Part shown: positions 9,361 to 18,157 of the stretch, one piece after another | Numbering within the stretch: position 1 is the first letter of the stretch | How the letters are laid out: the number at the start of each line of letters is the position of its first letter | Notes under the pieces: generated by a model | Database searches by the model: none | Told to the model about the DNA's origin: nothing | The model's input: only the letters and a program-made list of their open reading frames with translations | Source: Horticoccus luteus | GTDB taxonomy: Bacteria; Verrucomicrobiota; Verrucomicrobiia; Opitutales; Opitutaceae | Assembly: GCF_019464535.1 (NCBI RefSeq) | Contig: NZ_CP080507.1 | Span: forward strand, 1,980,001-2,012,000 | Direction of reading: 5' to 3' | Length of the DNA: 32,000 nucleotides | Made by a program: the position numbers and the translations under genes

Positions 9361-10092
9361 TCAGGTGAGACCGAGCACGTCTTGCATGTCGTAAACGCCG
9401 GGCGGTTGGGTAACGACCCATTGCGCGGCGCGCACGGCTCCCCGCGCGAAAATGCCGCGATCGCTGGCTTTGTGCGTCAGCTCGAGGCGTTCACCGAGCG
9501 CAGCAAACATCACCGTGTGATCGCCGACGACGTCGCCGCCCCGCAGTGCATGAATGCCCACTTCCGAAGGCGAACGCTCGCCGGTGATGCCGTGCCGGCC
9601 ATGACGCAGCGCAGACTCATTGAGTTGACGTTCTTCCAGGATAATTTCGAGCAGACGCGCGGCGGTGCCGCTGGGCGCATCCTTTTTGAAGCGGTGATGC
9701 ATCTCGAGGACTTCGACGTCGTAATCGCCGCCGAGCACTTGAGTCGCGCGTCGCGTGAGAGCAAACAAGAGATTGACCCCCACGGAAAAATTTCCGGCCC
9801 ACACGCAGGGGATGGCGGCAGCCAAGGGGCGCAGTCGCGCTTTGTCTTCGGCGGAGTGGCCGGTCGTGCCAATGACGAGGGGCTTCCCGTGTTGGGTGGC
9901 AGCGGCAATCAGCGACTCGGTGGCGCGATGCGAGCTGAAATCGACAATGACATCGCAAGCCGCGATGGCGGGCCCCGTGGCATCGCCGACGTCGATGGCC
10001 GCGCAGACGTGCAGGCCGGCACCTTCCGCCGCGGCGAGCACCGCCTGACCCATGCGGCCTTTCGCGCCGTTAAGGCAAAGTTTGAGCGCCAT
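9361..10092 (-). CDS. dapB: 4-hydroxy-tetrahydrodipicolinate reductase
   Basis: The dinucleotide fold is NGAKGRMG. Other matches are VIGTTG, EMHHRFKKDAPSGTA and the C-terminal PGVYDMQDVLGL. Confidence 0.9.
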   Translation of the reverse strand: MALKLCLNGAKGRMGQAVLAAAEGAGLHVCAAIDVGDATGPAIAACDVIVDFSSHRATESLIAAATQHGKPLVIGTTGHSAEDKARLRPLAAAIPCVWAGNFSVGVNLLFALTRRATQVLGGDYDVEVLEMHHRFKKDAPSGTAARLLEIILEERQLNESALRHGRHGITGERSPSEVGIHALRGGDVVGDHTVMFAALGERLELTHKASDRGIFARGAVRAAQWVVTQPPGVYDMQDVLGLT

Positions 10093-10094
10093 GA

Positions 10095-10985
10095 TCAGCG
10101 TTGGCCGGCGGCGGCGAGAGCTTGATCGACCGCGGCGCGGGTGGCGTCGCCAATTCCGACCAACGGGGTGCGCACTTCGGCGGAATGGATGATGCCGGCG
10201 CGTTGCAAGGCATATTTGATTGGCACCGGATTCGGATCGAGGAAGAGAGCTTTGAAAGCGGGATAGAGTTTCCGATGCACTTTGGCCGCGGTGCGGAAGT
10301 CATTGGCGAGGGCGGCCGAGACGAGTTGCTTCACCGGGCGCACAAGCAAATTGGACGCGACGCTGATGACGCCTTCCGCGCCCACCGCCATAAACGGCAG
10401 CGTGAGGGAATCATCGCCGCTGAGCACCGTGAGATCGCGACCGAGGGCATGCTTGAGTTGATCGACCCGGTCGACGCTGCCGCCGGCTTCCTTGATGTGG
10501 GCCACGTGGGCGTATTTCGCCCGCAGTTGCTCGACAACCGCGACGCTGATTTCGATGCCGCAACGGCCGGGAATCGAATAGAGCACGATCGGGCGATCGG
10601 TGGCTTCGGCGATCGCGCTGAAGTGCTCCAGCAGCCCGGCGGCGTTCGGCTTGTTGTAGTAAGGCGCGACGACCAGCATCGCATCCGCGCCGGCGTCGTG
10701 AGCCTGGTGGGTGAGCTCGACGGCTTCGCGAGTCGAATTGGAGCCCGTGCCCGCAATCACCGGCACGCGACCGCGCGCGGCCGCGATGGTCGCGCGGACG
10801 ACCTCCATGTGTTCATCGTGCGAGAGCGTCGGTGACTCGCCGGTGGTGCCGACGGGAACGAGGCCGTCGATTCCGCCTTTGATCTGGAATTCGACGAGCT
10901 TGCGCAAGTCGTCGTAGTCGACGGCGTCGTTGCGAAAGGGCGTCACGAGGGCCGTGAGAGTGCCGGTCAGTCGTCTAATCTTCAT
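10095..10985 (-). CDS. dapA: 4-hydroxy-tetrahydrodipicolinate synthase
   Basis: The ORF extends to 11081, but the ATG at 10985 gives a normal N-terminus (MKIRRLTGTLTALVTPF). Other matches are VPVGTTGESPTLS, VIAGTGSNST and YNKP. It sits 2 nt upstream of dapB. Confidence 0.9.
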   Translation of the reverse strand: MKIRRLTGTLTALVTPFRNDAVDYDDLRKLVEFQIKGGIDGLVPVGTTGESPTLSHDEHMEVVRATIAAARGRVPVIAGTGSNSTREAVELTHQAHDAGADAMLVVAPYYNKPNAAGLLEHFSAIAEATDRPIVLYSIPGRCGIEISVAVVEQLRAKYAHVAHIKEAGGSVDRVDQLKHALGRDLTVLSGDDSLTLPFMAVGAEGVISVASNLLVRPVKQLVSAALANDFRTAAKVHRKLYPAFKALFLDPNPVPIKYALQRAGIIHSAEVRTPLVGIGDATRAAVDQALAAAGQR

Positions 10986-11074
10986 GCGGAAAGAGGTGGT
11001 GGCGGCCAAAGATGCCTTGCGAGAGAAGCAGGCCGATTTACACAGTAGGCAACGCTTTTTTACCCCGCGAATCC

Positions 11075-12163
11075 ATGACACCGCACACCGAGATTTTTAA
11101 CGAATTGCTCAAGCTGGCGGTCGAAAACGGCGCGAGCGACATCGTGATCAAGGCCAACAAGCCGGCGTATGTGCGCCTGGGCGGGCGGTTGAAGCCGGTG
11201 GACATGGATCCGATCACCAACGACATCGCGGGCGCATTTGTTGAGGAACATGTGCCGGAGGTGTTTCGGTCGCGTTGGGACACGGAAGGGCAGGTCGATT
11301 TCGCCTATGCGGCGGACGGCGTGGGGCGCTTTCGCGTGAACGGTTTTCATCAACGCGGCCTCGTGAGCATCGTGTTGCGCCATATCAAAAGCCGGGTGCC
11401 GGATTTTGAGCAACTGGGGCTGCAGTCCGAGGCGTTGATCCGGATGTCGCAGGCGAAAGATGGAATTTTGCTGGTCTGTGGCGCGACAGGATCGGGCAAA
11501 AGTTCAACGATGGCCGCGATGCTCAACTGGATTAACCAAAATCTGGAGAAGCATATCGTCACGATTGAAGATCCCATCGAATACACGTTTCAGGACGAGA
11601 AATCGGTGTTTCAGCAGCGGGAAATCGGGCTCGATGTGCCAAGCTTCGAACTGGCGATCAAGGCCGTGCTGCGGCAAAATCCGGACATCATCCTCATCGG
11701 CGAAATGCGCGACCGGGAGACGTTCGAAACGGCCATCTCGGCGGCGGAAACCGGGCATCTGGTTTTCTCGACCATGCACGCGGCGACGGTGGCGCAATCA
11801 ATGACGCGCCTGTTCGAGTTTTTTCCGCCGGAGGAGCAGGTGCAGGCGCGGCGACAAATTTCGGGGTCCTTGCGCGGATTCGTTTGCCAGAAACTGGTCC
11901 CGGCCCTCGAAGGCGGCGGACGCGTGCCGACGAACGAGATATTGAATGCCGACGCGGTGGTGAAAAACCTTATTCTTGAAGGCCAATTCGAAAAAATCCA
12001 GGGCCTGCTCGAAGGCAGTGCGGACTCGCACAGTTTTTCGTTCAACAAGGATATTTACCGCCTCATCAAGGCCGGCAAAATCAGCAAGGCGGAAGGTTTG
12101 CGCTATTCGCCAAACCCGCAGGCCCTCGACATGAATCTGAAGGGGATTTTCATCAAAGCCTGA
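11075..12163 (+). CDS. pilT: Type IV pilus retraction ATPase PilT family
   Basis: The ATG at 11075 gives MTPHTEIFNELL. The Walker A motif is GATGSGKSST and the Walker B/Asp box is DIILIGEMRD. The His box is GHLVFSTMH, and a PilT-type C-terminal motif reads VKNLILEG. Confidence 0.85.
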   Translation: MTPHTEIFNELLKLAVENGASDIVIKANKPAYVRLGGRLKPVDMDPITNDIAGAFVEEHVPEVFRSRWDTEGQVDFAYAADGVGRFRVNGFHQRGLVSIVLRHIKSRVPDFEQLGLQSEALIRMSQAKDGILLVCGATGSGKSSTMAAMLNWINQNLEKHIVTIEDPIEYTFQDEKSVFQQREIGLDVPSFELAIKAVLRQNPDIILIGEMRDRETFETAISAAETGHLVFSTMHAATVAQSMTRLFEFFPPEEQVQARRQISGSLRGFVCQKLVPALEGGGRVPTNEILNADAVVKNLILEGQFEKIQGLLEGSADSHSFSFNKDIYRLIKAGKISKAEGLRYSPNPQALDMNLKGIFIKA

Positions 12164-12166
12164 GTG

Positions 12167-12199
12167 CGTTGCGCGCGGGGCAAGCCACGCGCGCGAACG
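12167..12199 (+). terminator. GC-rich hairpin downstream of pilT (possible terminator, no U-tract)
   Basis: The sequence is CGTT-GCGCGCG-gggcaagcca-CGCGCGC-g-AACG, giving 4+7 bp with a 1-nt bulge, starting 4 nt after the pilT stop. No T-run follows, so a terminator function is uncertain. Confidence 0.3.
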
Positions 12200-12287
12200 T
12201 GGACGAGGCAGGACGGCGATTCTGGCGGGCGTGCGGTTTTCGGACTTGGTTTTTACTCGCGCGGGCGTTTCTCTACCCGGTTTTCCT

Positions 12288-13193
12288 ATGGCACTGGCAC
12301 TTCTTTTTGCAGGGCAGGGCGCTCAAAAGGTCGGCATGGGCCGGTCGCTCTACGAGCAATCTCCGGCTGCGCGCGCGCGTTTCGATGAAGCGGATCAGGT
12401 ATTGGGTTACAGTCTGACCAAATTGTGCTTCGAAGGGCCGGAGTCCGAGCTCACGCAGACGAAGCACTGTCAGCCCGCGCTCTTCGTGCATGGATTGGCC
12501 TTGGTCGATGCATTGCGCGAACAGGGGAAATTGCCCAACGTGCAATTCGCGCTGGGTCTGAGTCTCGGCGAACTGACGGCTTACGCAGCCGCGGGCGTGT
12601 TTGATTTCGCCACGGGCCTCAAAATTGTCGCTGAGCGCGGACGCTTGATGCAGCAAGCCTGCGAGCAGACTGCCGGCGCCATGGCGGCAGTCATTGGCGA
12701 AGAGCGCGGCCGGGTGGCGGAATTATGCCGTGAGTTCGACGTCGAAGCGGCGAATTTCAACGCGCCGGGACAAATCATCATTTCAGGGGAGAAAGAAAAA
12801 ATCGCGACCGCGGTCGCGGGTGCCAAAGAGCGCGGCATGAAAAAAGTAATCCCCCTCAACGTCGCCGGCGCTTATCACAGCCGGTTGATGGAGTCGGCGC
12901 GCGCGGCGTTTGCGGCCTACCTCGACGGCGTCGCGTTTGCGGCGCCAAAGTTCACAGTTTTCACCAACACCACCGGCCAGGTGATCAGCGAGCCAGCCGC
13001 CTTGAAAGCCGCACTGGTCAAGCAGGTCGTCTCGTCGGTTTTGTGGGAAGACTGCATGCGCAGTGCCGCCGCCGCCGGCGCGACCGAGTTTTGGGAACTC
13101 GGGCCGGGCGGTGTCCTCGCCGGGCTGGCGCGCCGCACTGACAAAAACTGGGCGATCAAATCATTTACCGAATTCTCCGACCTCGCCGCCTGA
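12288..13193 (+). CDS. fabD: Malonyl-CoA:ACP transacylase
   Basis: The ATG at 12288 gives MALALLFAGQGAQKVGMG. The active-site motif is GLSLGELTA (GxSxG). Other matches are NFNAPGQIIISG and VAGAYHS. Confidence 0.9.
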   Translation: MALALLFAGQGAQKVGMGRSLYEQSPAARARFDEADQVLGYSLTKLCFEGPESELTQTKHCQPALFVHGLALVDALREQGKLPNVQFALGLSLGELTAYAAAGVFDFATGLKIVAERGRLMQQACEQTAGAMAAVIGEERGRVAELCREFDVEAANFNAPGQIIISGEKEKIATAVAGAKERGMKKVIPLNVAGAYHSRLMESARAAFAAYLDGVAFAAPKFTVFTNTTGQVISEPAALKAALVKQVVSSVLWEDCMRSAAAAGATEFWELGPGGVLAGLARRTDKNWAIKSFTEFSDLAA

Positions 13194-14992
13194 TGACCGA
13201 CGTCCCGCATACTCGTAATTTTTGCATTATCGCGCACGTTGATCACGGCAAGACGACGCTGTCTGACCGGCTCCTCGAATATACGAACACCGTCGCGCAC
13301 CGCGTGATGACGGACCAGCATCTCGACTCGATGGATCTGGAGAAGGAGCGCGGCATCACCATCAAATCGCACCCGGTGACGATGCTGTATCCGGCCAAGG
13401 ACGGGATCTCGTATCGCCTCAACCTCATGGATACGCCGGGACACGTCGACTTCTCCTATGAGGTGTCGCGGTCGCTCGCGGCGTGTGAAGGCGCCGTGCT
13501 GCTCATCGATGCGGCGCAAGGCGTCGAAGCGCAAACGGTCGCAAACGCCCATTTGGCGTTCAGCCAGAATCTCAAGGTCATCCCGGTCATCAACAAGATC
13601 GACCTGCCCAGCGCGAATCTCGAGCTTTGCCTGCAACAACTCGAGGACATCCTGGCGATTCCGTCCGACGAGGCGATTCTCGCGAGCGGCAAGGCGGGCA
13701 TCGGGATCAGTGACATTCTGGAGGCGGTTGTCGCGCGGGTGCCGCCGCCGCGTTGGACCAATTATCCGCAGACACGGGCGCTGGTGTTCGACTCCCTATA
13801 CGATTCGTATCGCGGCGTCATCGCGTATGCGCGCGTGTTTTCCGGCAGTCTCAAAGCGGGCGACATGGTCGAGTTAATGAGCAACGGCGTCCGCACCGAG
13901 GTGAAGGAAGTCGGCGTGTTTACGCCCAAGATGCAGAAGGTGGCCGAACTCGATGCCGGCGCGGTCGGCTATTTCGTCTCGAACATCAAGGATCCGGCGG
14001 AAATTAAAACGGGTGACACCGTCACGCTGTCGCAGCGGCGCGCCACCGAGATGTTGCCGGGCTACAAGGAAGTGAGGCCGATGGTGTTTTGCGGCCTCTA
14101 TCCGGTGGAAAGTTCCGACTACGAAAAACTGAAGGCCGCGGTGGGCCGGTTGCGGCTCAATGATGCCGCGTTTGTCTATCAGCAGGAGAGCTCGATCGCC
14201 CTCGGATTCGGCTTTCGCTGCGGCTTCCTCGGACTGCTCCACATGGAAATCATCCAGGAGCGGATTCGGCGCGAGCACGACGTCGACATCATCTCGACTT
14301 ACCCGAGCGTCGTTTACCACGTGGTGAAGCACGATGGCGTGGTGATCGAGGTCGACAACCCGGTTAACTTACCCGATCCGGGCACCATCATTGAAATTCG
14401 TGAGCCGATGATCAAAGCGGCTATCCACATCCCGAACGACGCCATGGGCGACATCCTTTCGCTCGTGATGGAGAAACGCGGCTTGGTCGACCACACGGAC
14501 ACCCTCGATGCCACGCGCGTGATGCTCAGTTGCTCGCTGCCGCTCAACGAAATCCTCGTCGATTTCAACGATCGGCTGAAGAGCGTCACGCACGGTTACG
14601 GCTCGATGGATTATGAACTGGGCGAATATCGCGCGGCCGACTTGGTGAAGATGGAAATTTTGGTGAACGCCGACCCCGTCGATGCCTTCGCCACGATCGT
14701 CCACCGGGACAAGGCGGAGGGCAAGGGAAGGGCCTTGTGCGAGAAACTCGCCGATATCATTCCGCCGCAGATGTTCAAAGTCGCGATTCAAGCCGCGATC
14801 GGTGGAAAGATCATCGCGCGCGACAACGTCCGCGAAATGCGCAAGGACGTGACTTCGAAATGCTACGGCGGTGACATCAGCCGCAAACGCAAACTCCTCG
14901 ACAAACAGAAGGAGGGTAAGAAGAAAATGAAACAGTTCGGTCGCGTCTCGATCCCATCGGATGCGTTTATCAAGGTGCTGAAAACCAACTAA
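13193..14992 (+). CDS. lepA: Translation elongation factor 4
   Basis: The G domain has NFCIIAHVDHGKTTLSDRLL, DTPGHVDF and NKID. The LepA-specific C-terminal domain ends in KKKMKQFGRVSIPSDAFIKVLK. Its ATG overlaps the fabD TGA by 1 nt (TGATG). Confidence 0.95.
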   Translation: MTDVPHTRNFCIIAHVDHGKTTLSDRLLEYTNTVAHRVMTDQHLDSMDLEKERGITIKSHPVTMLYPAKDGISYRLNLMDTPGHVDFSYEVSRSLAACEGAVLLIDAAQGVEAQTVANAHLAFSQNLKVIPVINKIDLPSANLELCLQQLEDILAIPSDEAILASGKAGIGISDILEAVVARVPPPRWTNYPQTRALVFDSLYDSYRGVIAYARVFSGSLKAGDMVELMSNGVRTEVKEVGVFTPKMQKVAELDAGAVGYFVSNIKDPAEIKTGDTVTLSQRRATEMLPGYKEVRPMVFCGLYPVESSDYEKLKAAVGRLRLNDAAFVYQQESSIALGFGFRCGFLGLLHMEIIQERIRREHDVDIISTYPSVVYHVVKHDGVVIEVDNPVNLPDPGTIIEIREPMIKAAIHIPNDAMGDILSLVMEKRGLVDHTDTLDATRVMLSCSLPLNEILVDFNDRLKSVTHGYGSMDYELGEYRAADLVKMEILVNADPVDAFATIVHRDKAEGKGRALCEKLADIIPPQMFKVAIQAAIGGKIIARDNVREMRKDVTSKCYGGDISRKRKLLDKQKEGKKKMKQFGRVSIPSDAFIKVLKTN

Positions 14993-15001
14993 AGGTCTCC
15001 C

Positions 15002-16300
15002 GTGTTCGGACTCTTCGCCTCCCAGGAAAAAAAGATGCGGGCCAATGCCGGCAACTGGCTGGAGTTGGCCGACAAGGTCTGGCACTACCGGCGTGACCAA
15101 CTCACGCCGCCCGAGGCGAAAGAACTTCTCGCGCGCACCGAGCACTTACGGCAGGCGGTCAAAGCGAAGGCCGACGCCGCCAAACTGAAGCTCGGTATTG
15201 AAGCGTTGGAGCCGGTGCTGCGGCGCGTCGGAGGAAAGATTTATCCGAAATCCTCGTTGGTGGAAAACGTGGAGTTCTTCGTGGTGGCGGCGATCGTCGT
15301 GCTCGGATTCCGCGCGTATTTCGTCCAGCCATTCAAGATCCCGACCAACTCGATGTGGCCGACGTATTACGGGATGACGGCGGAGAATTTTCCGCCCGGC
15401 AGCGATCTGCCGGGACCGATCGCGCGAGCGTTCCGCTTTGTCGCGTTCGGCGCGCAACGAATCGAAGCGGACGCGCCGGTCGAGGGGCAGGTGACGGCGG
15501 ATTTTTTTGAGAGCGGCGGCATGGCCCGGGCCATGGCGTATAAAGTCGTGAGTGGCCGCTCCTGGCTCGTGCTGCCGACGCAGTTGAAGGAATACACGTT
15601 TTACGTGAACGGCGAACCGACCCACGTGAGAGTGCCGCTGGATTTCCACGACGTGGATTCGGTGGTGCAGGAAACCTATTTCGGCGGGCCGGAGAAATTT
15701 GCGTCTTTCGCGGAGCAGCAGGCTCGGTCTGGTCAACCGGAGAAAGGGGTGCTGAAAATCAGCGACCAAGCCGGTTACGCGCGCGTAGTTCGGCTGCCGC
15801 TGGGCAAGCATGTCACGGCCGGAGCTCCGGTCATCCGTTTCGATCTCATGACGGGCGATCAGCTTTTCGTGGATCGGTTCAGCTATAATTTCGTGCGCCC
15901 CTCGGTCGGTTCGGGGTTTGTTTTCCGCACCGGCCACATTCCGGGAATCGCCAACCAGTTCGGCGACCAGTATTACATCAAACGTCTCGTCGGCGTGCCG
16001 GGAGATACCATCGCGATCAGAGATTACCGGCTTTACCGAAACGGCGTGCCGGAGACAGGCGCTGCGGCTTTTGAGAAGAATGCGCAGCGCGTGGAAAAGT
16101 ATCCCGGTTATCGCGCCGAGGGCAGTCTGGCGAACGGCGGCACGATGACCGTGCCCGCGGACGGGTTTCTGGCGTTGGGCGATAATTCGGCGAACAGCGA
16201 GGACGGACGTTTCTGGGGATACGTGCCGGCGAAAGACGCAGTAGGGCGTCCGCTGTTCATCTATTATCCGTTTACGAAGCGCTGGGGACCGGCGAAGTGA
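15002..16300 (+). CDS. lepB: Signal peptidase I (S26), unusually long
   Basis: S26 boxes are present: PTNSMWPTY (Ser), TGDQLFVDRFSY, YYIKRLVGVPGD (Lys) and LGDNSANSEDGRFWG. The start is GTG at 15002 or ATG at 15035. The classic lepA-lepB synteny is conserved. Confidence 0.88.
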   Translation: MFGLFASQEKKMRANAGNWLELADKVWHYRRDQLTPPEAKELLARTEHLRQAVKAKADAAKLKLGIEALEPVLRRVGGKIYPKSSLVENVEFFVVAAIVVLGFRAYFVQPFKIPTNSMWPTYYGMTAENFPPGSDLPGPIARAFRFVAFGAQRIEADAPVEGQVTADFFESGGMARAMAYKVVSGRSWLVLPTQLKEYTFYVNGEPTHVRVPLDFHDVDSVVQETYFGGPEKFASFAEQQARSGQPEKGVLKISDQAGYARVVRLPLGKHVTAGAPVIRFDLMTGDQLFVDRFSYNFVRPSVGSGFVFRTGHIPGIANQFGDQYYIKRLVGVPGDTIAIRDYRLYRNGVPETGAAAFEKNAQRVEKYPGYRAEGSLANGGTMTVPADGFLALGDNSANSEDGRFWGYVPAKDAVGRPLFIYYPFTKRWGPAK

Positions 16301-16573
16301 ACGCCGCCAAGCGCAACCGCGGCGGCATGTGCGATCGGCCTTTCTCGGGAGAGGGCCAAACTCGGTTTCGAGATTCCCAGACTTTCAGCCAAGGATGAGG
16401 CGCACCAGTCAAAGACCAACTTAACATAATATTTATTGTGCGTCGCATGTTTCGGTCTCATTCGACGCCCCGATAGCACGTAGAAACGGCACGTTTTACC
16501 TACTGGAGTGCAGGCGCCGGAATACCTCACATGCTAACGTATCCTCAAACCCTTCTCGCCAGGGAGCCGCGCT

Positions 16574-18157
16574 ATGTCTGAACTCTCTCAATCTTCGCCT
16601 GCCACGCTCTGGAACTGGCTGAATCGCCGCGCAGCCGGTGTGCTGCTTCATCCGACCGCCCTCCCGGGCGACGGCGGCGTGGGAACCCTCGGTCACCATC
16701 TGGACGATTTTCTCGCGATTCTGGCCGGGGCCGAGTTCAGCTACTGGCAAGTTTGCCCCCTTGGCCCCACCGGATTCGGCGACTCCCCGTATCAATGTTT
16801 TTCGTCGTTCGCGGGAAATCCCTACCTGATCGACCTCGCGCCGTTGGTTGATCTCCGCCTGCTCAGCGCCGACGCCGTGGCGCCTTTGCAACGCTTGAAC
16901 GCAACGCACGTCGATTTCGGCGCGCTCTACACGGAGAAACGTCCGCTATTGTTTGCCGCTCACGCTGCATGGTCCCGGGATCGGACCCTCGCGCTGCCTT
17001 ACGGGGCGTTTAACGCGTTTCGAGCGCGTCACGAACACTGGCTCGAAGGTTTTGCGCTGTTTTCAGCGCTCAAGGATCATTTCGGCGGCGCCCCTTGGTG
17101 GAATTGGCCCGCGGACGCGCGGTCGTTGGCTGCAGCCAAAAAGTCGAACGTTGCGCGCGTGGTGGCCGAACGCGCGGAAGCTTACGCGTTTATTCAATAC
17201 CTGTTCTTTGGGCAATGGGCTCGCGTGCGGGCGCGCGCGGCTGCACTGGGCATCACGATCATCGGCGACACGCCGATTTTCGCCGCGCTCGACAGCGCCG
17301 ATACCTGGAGCCGGCCGGAGCTGTTTCAACTGGACCCGAAGACGCACGCGCCGCTCGCGGTCGCAGGCTGCCCACCCGATTATTTCTCGGCCGATGGCCA
17401 ACTATGGGGCAATCCTCTCTACGACTGGCCCGTGCATGCCGCCGAGGGCTACGCGTGGTGGCTTGAGCGCCTGCGCGCGAATTTCGACCTCTGCGACGTG
17501 GTGCGTATCGACCATTTTCGAGGGCTGGAGGCGTATTGGTCGATTCCCGCCGGGTCGACGACCGCACGGCCAGGACATTGGGTGCCGGGTCCGCGCATGG
17601 AATTTTTCCGCGCGATCCAAGCCGGGTTGCCGCACGCCAAACTTATCGCCGAGGATCTCGGCTTGCTCACCCCTGAGGTGCTCGACTTGCGCGCGGCAAC
17701 GGGGCTGCCCGGCATGGCGGTGCTGCAATTCGCCTTCGGCGGCGGCGCGGACAATTTTTATCTGCCGCACAACGTCGCTCACAACACCGTCGTCTACCCC
17801 GGCACGCACGACAACGACACCACGCGCGGCTGGTATGAATCCGCGGCGGAAAAAACGCGCGATCATGTGCGCCGGTATTTTCGTGTGAGCGGCGACGATA
17901 TAAGCTGGGATTTCGTGCGCGCCGCCTACGCCTCCACCGCGAATCTCGCCATCGTTCCACTACAGGATTTGCTCAGCCTCGGATCGGAAGCGCGTTTCAA
18001 CCAACCCGGCGAATCGCAAGGCAACTGGCAATGGCGCGTCAGCGCCGATCAGCTCGCTCATCTTGCCGCCGACTCCAGCGGCTACCTGAGCGAACTCGCC
18101 GCTCTCTACGGTCGCAACCGCCCGCCTGCGGCGCCGATCACGCCGCACGCGACTTGA
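16574..18157 (+). CDS. malQ: 4-alpha-glucanotransferase (amylomaltase, GH77)
   Basis: Matches include GVLLHPTALPG, SPYQCFSSFAGNPYLID, VRIDHFRG, IAEDLG and YPGTHDNDT. The product is 527 aa. Confidence 0.9.
   Translation: MSELSQSSPATLWNWLNRRAAGVLLHPTALPGDGGVGTLGHHLDDFLAILAGAEFSYWQVCPLGPTGFGDSPYQCFSSFAGNPYLIDLAPLVDLRLLSADAVAPLQRLNATHVDFGALYTEKRPLLFAAHAAWSRDRTLALPYGAFNAFRARHEHWLEGFALFSALKDHFGGAPWWNWPADARSLAAAKKSNVARVVAERAEAYAFIQYLFFGQWARVRARAAALGITIIGDTPIFAALDSADTWSRPELFQLDPKTHAPLAVAGCPPDYFSADGQLWGNPLYDWPVHAAEGYAWWLERLRANFDLCDVVRIDHFRGLEAYWSIPAGSTTARPGHWVPGPRMEFFRAIQAGLPHAKLIAEDLGLLTPEVLDLRAATGLPGMAVLQFAFGGGADNFYLPHNVAHNTVVYPGTHDNDTTRGWYESAAEKTRDHVRRYFRVSGDDISWDFVRAAYASTANLAIVPLQDLLSLGSEARFNQPGESQGNWQWRVSADQLAHLAADSSGYLSELAALYGRNRPPAAPITPHAT

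Noticed and set aside
8827-10125. A 432-aa plus-strand ORF.
   Set aside because: It lies antisense to ruvA and dapB, both with clear motifs. Its composition is Arg-rich and low in information. It is a shadow ORF. The same reasoning applies to 3618..4541(-), 4765..5661(-), 6636..7373(+), 10101..10835(+), 12917..13639(-), 14369..15145(-), 15146..15937(-), 16953..17888(+), 19232..19996(+), 20460..21050(+) and 2588..3478(-).
12289-12310. A sigma-54-like TGGCAC...TTGC element (atgGCACTGGCACttctttTTGC).
   Set aside because: The GG-to-GC spacing is 11 nt rather than 10. The element lies within the first codons of fabD (MALALLFAG). I judge it coincidental.
16264-16530. An 88-aa minus-strand ORF in the lepB-malQ spacer.
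   Set aside because: It overlaps the lepB 3' end. Its composition is atypical and its start context is poor. It is more likely non-coding spacer.
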